Positions 23,701-32,700 of a stretch of DNA of 64,000 nucleotides are shown here, one piece after another. A program made the position numbers and the translations under genes. Location of the stretch: contig NIVC01000244.1 in NCBI GenBank assembly GCA_002269645.1, positions 13,223 through 77,222 of the forward strand, given 5' to 3'. The stretch's first letter is position 1. Each line of letters opens with the position of its first letter. This stretch comes from Macrostomum lignano (lineage: Eukaryota). The notes under the pieces were generated by a model, which saw only the letters and a program-made list of their open reading frames with translations, ran no database searches and was not told where the DNA came from.

Positions 23701-26700
23701 CGGTACATGCTTCCAGTGGTTTGTCTAAGGCGTTTGCAGTTGCACCAGCCGTGAGCAGATCACGTCTAGAGTAGTCTATACGGACTACTATGGTCGGTAA
23801 CCATATCGTGTGGCTCAAGGCAGCTGATAAGCTGACCTGCGATGGATAATCAATCCTCGCTTCTGTTGTGGCTCAAGGCAGCTGATAAGCTGACCTGCGA
23901 TGGATAATCAATCCTCGCTTCTGTTGTGGCTCAAGGCAGCTGATAAGCTGACCTGCGATGGATAATCAATCCTCGCTTCTGTTGTGGCTCAAGGCAGCTG
24001 ATAAGCTGACCTGCGATGGATAATCAATCCTCGCTTCTGTTGTGGCTCAAGGCAGCTGATAAGCTGACCTGCGATGGATAATCAATCCTCGCTTCTGTTG
24101 TGGCTCAAGGCAGCTGATAAGCTGACCTGCGATGGATAATCAATCCTCGCTTCTGTTGTGGCTCAAGGCAGCTGATAAGCTGACCTGCGATGGATAATCA
24201 ATCCTCGCTTCTGTTGTGGCTCAAGGCAGCTGATAAGCTGACCTGCGATGGATAATCAATCCTCGCTTCTGTTGTGGCTCAAGGCAGCTGATAAGCTGAC
24301 CTGCGATGGATAATCAATCCTCGCTTCTGTTGTGGCTCAAGGCAGCTGATAAGCTGACCTGCGATGGATAATCAATCCTCGCTTCTGTTGTGGCTCAAGG
24401 CAGTTGATAAGCTGACCTGCGATGGATAATTAATCCTCGCTTCTGTTGTGGCTCAAGGCAGCTGATAAGCTGACCTGCGATGGATAATCAATCCTCGCTT
24501 CTGTTGTGGCTCAAGGCAGCTGATAAGCTGACCTGCGATGGATAATCAATCCTCGCTTCTGTTGTGGCTCAAGGCAGCTGATAAGCTGACCTGCGATGGA
24601 TAATCAATCCTCGCTTCTGTTGTGGCTCAAGGCAGCTGATAAGCTGACCTGCGATGGATAATCAATCCTCGCTTCTGTTGTGGCTCAAGGCAGCTGATAA
24701 GCTGACCTGCGATGGATAATCAATCCTCGCTTCTGTTGTGGCTCAAGGCAGCTGATAAGCTGACCTGCGATGGATAATCAATCCTCGCTTCTGTTGTGGC
24801 TCAAGGCAGCTGATAAGCTGACCTGCGATGGATAATCAATCCTCGCTTCTGTTGTGGCTCAAGGCAGCTGATAAGCTGACCTGCGATGGATAATCAATCC
24901 TCGCTTCTGTTGTGGCTCAAGGCAGCTGATAAGCTGACCTGCGATGGATAATTAATCCTCGCTTCTGTTGTGGCTCAAGGCAGCTGATAAGCTGACCTGC
25001 GATGGATAATCAATCCTCGCTTCTGTTGTGGCTCAAGGCAGCTGATAAGCTGACCTGCGATGGATAATCAATCCTCGCTTCTGTTGTGGCTCAAGGCAGC
25101 TGATAAGCTGACCTGCGATGGATAATCAATCCTCGCTTCTGTTGTGGCTCAAGGCAGCTGATAAGCTGACCTGCGATGGATAATCAATCCTCGCTTCTGT
25201 TGTGGCTCAAGGCAGCTGATAAGCTGACCTGCGATGGATAATCAATCCTCGCTTCTGTTGTGGCTCAAGGCAGCTGATAAGCTGACCTGCGATGGATAAT
25301 CAATCCTCGCTTCTGTTGTGGCTCAAGGCAGCTGATAAGCTGACCTGCGATGGATAATCAATCCTCGCTTCTGTTGTGGCTCAAGGCAGCTGATAAGCTG
25401 ACCTGCGATGGATAATCAATCCTCGCTTCTGTTGTGGCTCAAGGCAGCTGATAAGCTGACCTGCGATGGATAATCAATCCTCGCTTCTGTTGTGGCTCAA
25501 GGCAGCTGATAAGCTGACCTGCGATGGATAATCAATCCTCGCTTCTGTTGTGGCTCAAGGCAGCTGATAAGCTGACCTGCGAGGGGTAATAAAGCCTCGC
25601 TTTGATGAGACAACTTATCTGCTTTTCGGCGGCTCTGTAGCGTCCGTAATGTGAGGCTGAGCCCATCCTCCGTACAGGTGACAATTGAAAAATTGTTGCG
25701 CCCTGTTTGTGTGCGAGAGGTTTGACTTCCACTGGCATGTAGTCTATCACAGCTGCTTAGTGTGTCAACGGGCTGAATGATTCTATCGTCATATTTGACG
25801 CTTAGAAGCATAAAATCAGCCAACCATATTGTTTGGCACAGCTGGGTGTCTAGACGGAGACTGTGGCATGGTTCCAAATAGCTCTAACTGGCCCAGTATG
25901 CAAAGCAGCTTTCCTATTAAGATAGACGCTAATCCGATTTTTGTCGGTACATGCTCCATTGGTTTGTCTAAGGCGTTTGCAGTTGCACCAGCCGTGAGCA
26001 AATCACGTTGTCACGGCTGCTAACAAGAGTACCGGATCCCGGTATTCCGCCACTCTCTGGAAGGGGCCTTTGGATAGAAAGGCCCAAGCGATTGAAGCGA
26101 CTGCTTTGGCGCGTGTGCCATCGCAGCAACCGCAGCCGTCACGATGCCCGTCATGCACCACAATGATGGATCAGATTCGGGCCCAAGGCGAAGCCGAGGA
26201 CGAACTGTGTAAGTTTTTTATGCATATACTAGAAGACGTTAGCAGCCTCGTATATATATAAGTGTTGTTGATTCTTAAGTTTGAATCTGCTTCGCCACTC
26301 TCCTCATTTTTATGTACTTAATAGGCCATCAATTGAGCGGAGTTCGTGAAAAGCTGTCGGAGGCTCAAGCCGAAAATCGTCAGATGAAAGCTGAAGTTCT
26401 TCGATTGGAAGCTATCTCCGCTACGAGCTCGTCGGAATCCGACACGACCGTGGCGAGAAGCCAGGCAGTGCTCTTTCAATCTCGGCCAGCCGCAGAGCGG
26501 CAAAAGAAGGCGGACCAGGTGAAGGCGCGACGAATCGCCAGTGCTGCCGAAAATGAGGGGCCGACTTCTGGAAACATATATTTCCAGACGGCGAGCTACT
26601 CGAGGAGTGAAATGCGGGCGATGTCCAAGATCGAGTGCATAACACCACCACCGCATTTATTTGCAATTAATTTCTAGCTTTTTGTTAAGGCCAAATTTGC

Positions 26701-29700
26701 TGGATTCGATTTCATTAGAAACGCTCTTCGAGACATTGGCTGTCTACATTTATGAGCCCTGATAGGTCCTGGAAAATGAGACAAAAGTCGTTCCTTAATT
26801 TTTGCGGAGATCTTTACAATTCTTAAGCAAGTGAATAGACAAGTCAGCTGACTTGAGTTAACTAGCTAATTAGCTGTATAGCGAGTGACCCACCTGACAG
26901 ATGCAATCAGAGGTAGGCGATGGGGATCCCTGAAGAGTAGCCAATGTCGCGATAAGGTATATAAAACCGTATACGGCTTCAAAAAAAGTTAATGGTAGCA
27001 TCGAAGTCCAGCTGCCCATCCGAGTGACATTCAGAAGGTCAGCATTTTTTGTTTCTGAAAGTACGTAGAAGTGCATAGAAATATACGATTTGCAGTTGTG
27101 CACAACTGAATTCAGTATTTCTGTTCGTGGACGGCTAAATCGAATTCGATTCAATTCGTAGTCGTGGAAAATGTATGGAACAATGACCCGTTCTTTATTT
27201 AATTTTCTGCTACTGTGATAAGCCTAAGATTTGGCTGCAAATCCGGTTCAATCATCCAGAATTCACCTGGATTCGTGTGCTAATCCGGTTCACTCTCCCG
27301 GAATTCGCCCGGATTTGTGTGCTGATCCGGTTCACTCGCCCGGAATTAGCCCGGATTTGTGTGCTGATCCGGTTCACTCGCCCGGAATTAGCCCGGATTT
27401 GTGTGCTGATCCGGTTCACTCGCCCGGAATTGTGTGCTGATCCGGTTCACTCGCCCAGAATTAGCCCGGATTTGTGTGCTGATCCGGTTCACTCGCCCGG
27501 AATTAGCCCGGATTTGTGTGCTGATCCGGTTCACTCGCCCGGAATTGTGTGCTGATCCGGTTCACTCGCCCAGAATTAGCCCGGATTTGTGTGCTGATCC
27601 GGTTCACTCGCCCGGAATTAGCCCGGATTTGTGTGCTGTTCCGGTTCACTCGCCCGGAATTGTGTGCTGATCCGGTTCACTCGCCCGGAATTGTGTGCTG
27701 ATCCGGTTCACTCGCCCGGAATTGTGTGCTGATCCGGTTCACTCGCCCGGATTTGTGTGCTGTTCCGGTTCACTCGCCCGGAATTGTGTGCTGATCCGGT
27801 TCACTCGCCCGGAATTGTGTGCTGATCCGGTTCACTCGCCCGGAATTGTGTGCTGATCCGGTTCACTCGCCCGGAATTGTGTGCTGATCCGGTTCACTCG
27901 CCCGGAATTGTGTGTTGATCCGGTTTTCGTCGCCCGGAATTTAGCCCGGATTTGTGTGCTGATCCGTTCCACTCGCCCGGATCGCACCCGGAACAGTCAC
28001 CGGATTTTTTTAGCGATCCGGGTCTATTTTCCGGAATTTTTCTTTTTGATCCGGAAATTTCGCCCGGATTCTGTAAACTTTCGTTACAGATCCGGAATTT
28101 CCACCCGGATCAGATTGCATTACTGGAATAGGAAAAAATTCCGGGTGAACGCAAAAAATTCCGGGCGAAATTCCGGGTGAAAAGTTCGACGGGAATGAAG
28201 CCAGAAGTATCGATGAAGACTGGGGGGACGCTCAACCTGGAATCACTTATTAGTTATTACTCGGAAAAGCATTTGCCCCGAGAGTCTCTTGAAAATTTAG
28301 CCAAGCGGCAATAGTAAAGTCAATGCATGACACTCGATGCTGCTCAGTTGCCTCAAGAGTCGAGGCGGGCGGCAGGCGGAGCAGTCCATGCTCAGTGCAT
28401 GCTTCGATGCTTCAGTTGCACGATGTTTCCCGAAAAATCTTTTTTCGTATTGACAACACTCAAATTGATAGCTGATAGTTACATTGCCAATATTCGTAGA
28501 ACTTTATACACTATATGCTATTGCGCGGCGCATCTGAAGGCTGCGTACGACTGTTTAATCTAAGGACTGGAGGGTGCCCACACAAACCCTGAATTACCCC
28601 AGCTAACGCTGGCACCCATTTTATAGCTGGGTGAACTGAAGCAATGCTAGACAATTTTAAGTGTCTTGCTCAAGGACACAAACTTCAGTTCCGCGTGGAT
28701 CGAGAATCGAACCCCCGACCTTAAAGTCGTGAGTCCGAAGCTCTAACCACTAGGTTACAACCCCTTGGTATCTGATAGCTATCCTTTAACTATCCGTAGA
28801 TGCCCTTAGACTATCCGTAGATACCCTCAAGACTATCTGTAGATACCCTTAGACTATCCGTAGATACCCTTAGACTATCCGTAGATAACCTTAGACTATC
28901 TGTAGATACCCTTAGACTATCCGTAGATGCCCTTAGACTATCCGTAGATGCCCTTAGACTATCCGTAGATACCCTTAGACTATCTGTAGATACCCTTAGA
29001 CTATCCGTAGATACCCTTAGACTATCCGTAGATGCCCTTAGACTATCCGTAGATGCCCTTAGACTATCCGTAGATGCCCTTAGACTATCCGTAGATAACC
29101 TTAGACTATCCGTAGATACCCTTAGACTATCCGTAGATGCCCTTAGACTATCCGTAGATACCCTTAGACTATCCGTAGATGCCCTTAGACTATCCGTAGA
29201 TGCCCTTAGAGGCTTAGACTATCCGTAGATGCCCTTAGACTATCCGTAGATGCCCTTAGACTATCCGTAGATACCCTTAGACTATCCGTAGATAACCTTA
29301 GACTATCCGTAGATAACCTTAGACTATCCGTAGATAACCTTAGACTAACCGTAGATAACCTTAGACTATCCGTAGATGCCCTTAGACTATCCGTAGATAA
29401 CCTTAGACTATCCGTAGATAACCTTAGACTATCCGTAGCTGCCCGACTATCTGTAGATACCCTTAGACTATCCGTAGATACCCTTAGACTATCCGTAGAT
29501 ACCCTTAGACTATCCGTAGATAACCTTAGACCATCCGTAGATCCGTAGACCCTTACATTATTTGTAGACACCGTAAGATTATTCTGAGATACTTTTAGAT
29601 CATTAAAATAGATTTCTGTACGCTGCCAATAAAAAAATTGATGAGCATGAATTATGAACTCAAGAAATACATGCAATATTAAATTGTGCCTACAACTGCA

Positions 29701-32700
29701 GCATTCTTATCTACTCACACTGCACTGCAACACACATACAGAACTGGCTACAGAGCACGCAGCGGTACTCAAGAGTGCAGCCCAGATTTCCAGCCAAATG
29801 CAATAAGGCTGCAGACATTATCAAGTTTACGAGCTTTTTATATGAACCAGTTTTACTCGTAGATACTGTCTATGAATAATAAAACAATATACGCAATAAT
29901 GCTGTTTCCAGCGCAGAGACGGACGGCACATAATTAAATATTGCTCTTTTATTGTCGCCAAAAAGAATCTCCCACTGGTACTTTTGTCAAGCCTGTGGGG
30001 AATTTCGCACAAGGAACCGATGGGTTGCTATGAGCAACTTGGCCCAAGGAAATCTTGAACGAGAAGCTGGATTTTCTGGAAGCTGGAAGAAACGTCGGTT
30101 CCCCCGTCCTACGAGTACTTGAGTAGTTCTTGTGTAAAACACGCATCATCTGTCCTACGAGTACTTGAGTAGTTCTTGTGTAAAACACGCATCATCTGTC
30201 CTACGAGTACTTGAGTAGTTCTTGTGTAAAACACGCATCATCTGTCCTACGAGTACTTGAGTAGTTCTTGTGTAAAACACGCATCATCTGTCCTACGAGT
30301 ACTTGAGTAGTCATTGTGTAAAACACGCATCATCCGTCCTACGAGTACTTGAGTAGTCCTTGTGTAAAACACGCATCATCCGTCCTACGAGTACTTGAGT
30401 AGTCCTTGTGTAAAACACGCAGCATCCGTCCGAGTACTTGAGTAGTCCTTGTGTAAAACATCATCATCCGTCCGAGTACTTGAGTAGTCCTTGTGTAAAA
30501 CACGCATCATCCGTCCTACGAGTACTTGAGTATTTCTTGTGTAAAACACGCATTTATCAAAGTTCTATTATGGTTCGAAATCTGATTATATTTACCGAGA
30601 CAGTGAGAATCTATTTAGCTTTAGAATGAGACTAAGATTCGGCCTTCTACCATTGCGTGCAAACAGTAAAACCTGAAGTCTACCGGGTAAGGGGGTAACT
30701 GTCTGAGAAATCAAGGCTTTATATGGGAAGACTTTCGCACTCCCAGAATCTGGTTTAAGGCCTCCTTAGATTCAGCAGCCCCTGTCCCGCCATCTTCCGG
30801 CGGTCAAGTCAGTGTAATAAGAGTACAAGCAAGCAGCCCGGCAGTGGCCAGTACAGGACAATGCCAAGTGTCTGACAATTGAGCCCATTTACTGTACTAT
30901 ATGTCTGCCTCCTCATTCTTTTCATCATGGTTACAAAAAAATTTTGACTGATTTTTTTGCGTGCGCACACAAAAAAATCAAACCGTTGAGCATGGTTGAG
31001 CATGATTTCTATTGACTGGATTCGACAGCTATATATTAACATACTTTTCTTCTGGCTAGCTTGCTGCAAAGCTCACCTGATTGACATCTATTTTTTTCTG
31101 TCAGCGTCTGCATTCTTTTTAAAATGCCGTCATTCAATTTGTATGGTCAGTTCAAATACTGTTGACTAGCACAGAATATTCAGCATTTGTAATGATAGAA
31201 TTACAATAGAAATAGTACGTGTAAAAGAGCTGCACCCCAAGCCTTCGGGCTTGGCCCTCATGAGCGAGAGCCGCTCCCCGAGCAAATATATGCAGAACAT
31301 ATTTAATAAATGAATTAACAACTAACCTCATCGCCGCCCTGACCAAGATGGTTAATGACTGGTGCAGGCGGCGGCTGCGGTGGCGGCGGCGGCGGCTGGC
31401 CACCCACCCGAGACACCAGCATCTTGACGGTGGCGCCAACAGGTATAGCGCGCAACAGACTAACAGCGTCCGCTTGAGTCTGGCCAGTCAGTTTAAATCC
31501 GTCCACCTCTAGCAGCTGATCGCCAGCCTTCAGCCTGCCGTCCTTAACAGCCGAACCTTTGCCTAGAACATTCTTCACATAGATCCCATTGCTATTATCC
31601 TGCGACTCTTTAGCTGTAACAGAGAAGCCCAATCCGTCGGCTGATTTGCGTATATCGATAGTGAAAGTGTGCACAATAGAGCCAGCATCCGCAGTGCCGT
31701 CGGTCGGGCCGGATGCGGGGGCGGATGCGGGGGCGGGATCGACAGCAGGGCGCCGATTATTATTTAACAACGGTTTCCGCAGTCTAGGCATAACTGGAGG
31801 CGGCGATGGCGATCGAGGCGGAGTCGATGGCTTCAACTGCACTGCCGGAGGCGGCGGCGGCGGCGGCGGGGACGAAGAAGACGGAGGTGCCGCAGCGGTG
31901 GCAGCAGCCTTAACGACAGTTTTAGTATTACTAATAGGCACATACGGTGGAGGCGGAGGCGGCGGCGGGGGCGGCGGTGGCGGTGCAACTAGCACAGGTG
32001 AGTCGGATCTTTCAGAGTTTTCTGGCTGCTGCATCATAATCGACTGAGTGTGAGCTCGAGCAATTTCGTCTAGATTGCGGCATAGTTGCTCCTGCGGTTG
32101 CTGCTGCTGTTTGAGAATGCGCAGATCTAAGCGCAACTCTTGCACCGCTTCGCGCAACAATTCCTGAGCTCTGTTGGGGCGGTTTGAGTTTCACGCATGT
32201 ACCTGCCTAGTTTTTTCTTTAAATTTTACCTATATAAATAAAAAAAAACGGCCACAATTTACAGTCACACCAGTGACCATAGACAATACGGTCACAATGC
32301 AAGGTCACACCGATGACCCTAGACAATACGGTCACAATGCAAGGTCACACCGATGACCCTAGACAATACGGTCACAATGCAAGGTCACACCGGTGACCAT
32401 AGACAATACGGTCACAATGCAAGGTCACACCGGTGACCATAGACAATACGGTCACAATGCAAGGTCACCCCGGTGACCATAGACAATACGGTCACAATGC
32501 AAGGTCACACCGGTGACCCTAGACAATACGGTCACAATACAAGGTCACCCCGGTGACCATAGACAATACGGTCACAATGCAAGGTCACACCGGTGACCCT
32601 AGACAATACGGTCACAATGCAAGGTCACACCGGTGACCATAGACAATACGGTCACAATGCAAGGTCACCCCGGTGACCATAGACAATACGGTCACAATGC

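Larger units (their letters stand above)
22412..28193. mobile_element. 5.8 kb DNA transposon, CMC/EnSpm (CACTA)-like, with no recognisable transposase (probably non-autonomous)
   Basis: 26-bp TIR CCCGTCGAAC(G/T)TTTCACCCGGAATTT with one mismatch; AA on both outer flanks (2-bp TSD-like); about 0.8-1 kb of dense CCGGA/TCCGG subterminal repeats at each end, including tandem 120-bp (left) and 31/42-bp (right) units. The superfamily assignment is inferred from the CCC termini, 2-bp TSD and subterminal repeats. Confidence 0.8.

Noticed and set aside
23274-23818. Protein-coding potential of the 430-bp duplicated module (ankyrin-like LLTAGATANALDK) or a group I intron / hammerhead core
   Set aside because: Frames are short and interrupted; R- and S-like words are in the wrong order; no CTGANGA...GAAA core found
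23809-25582. CRISPR array
   Set aside because: The units are contiguous identical 58-mers with no unique spacers, there are no cas genes, and the context is eukaryotic
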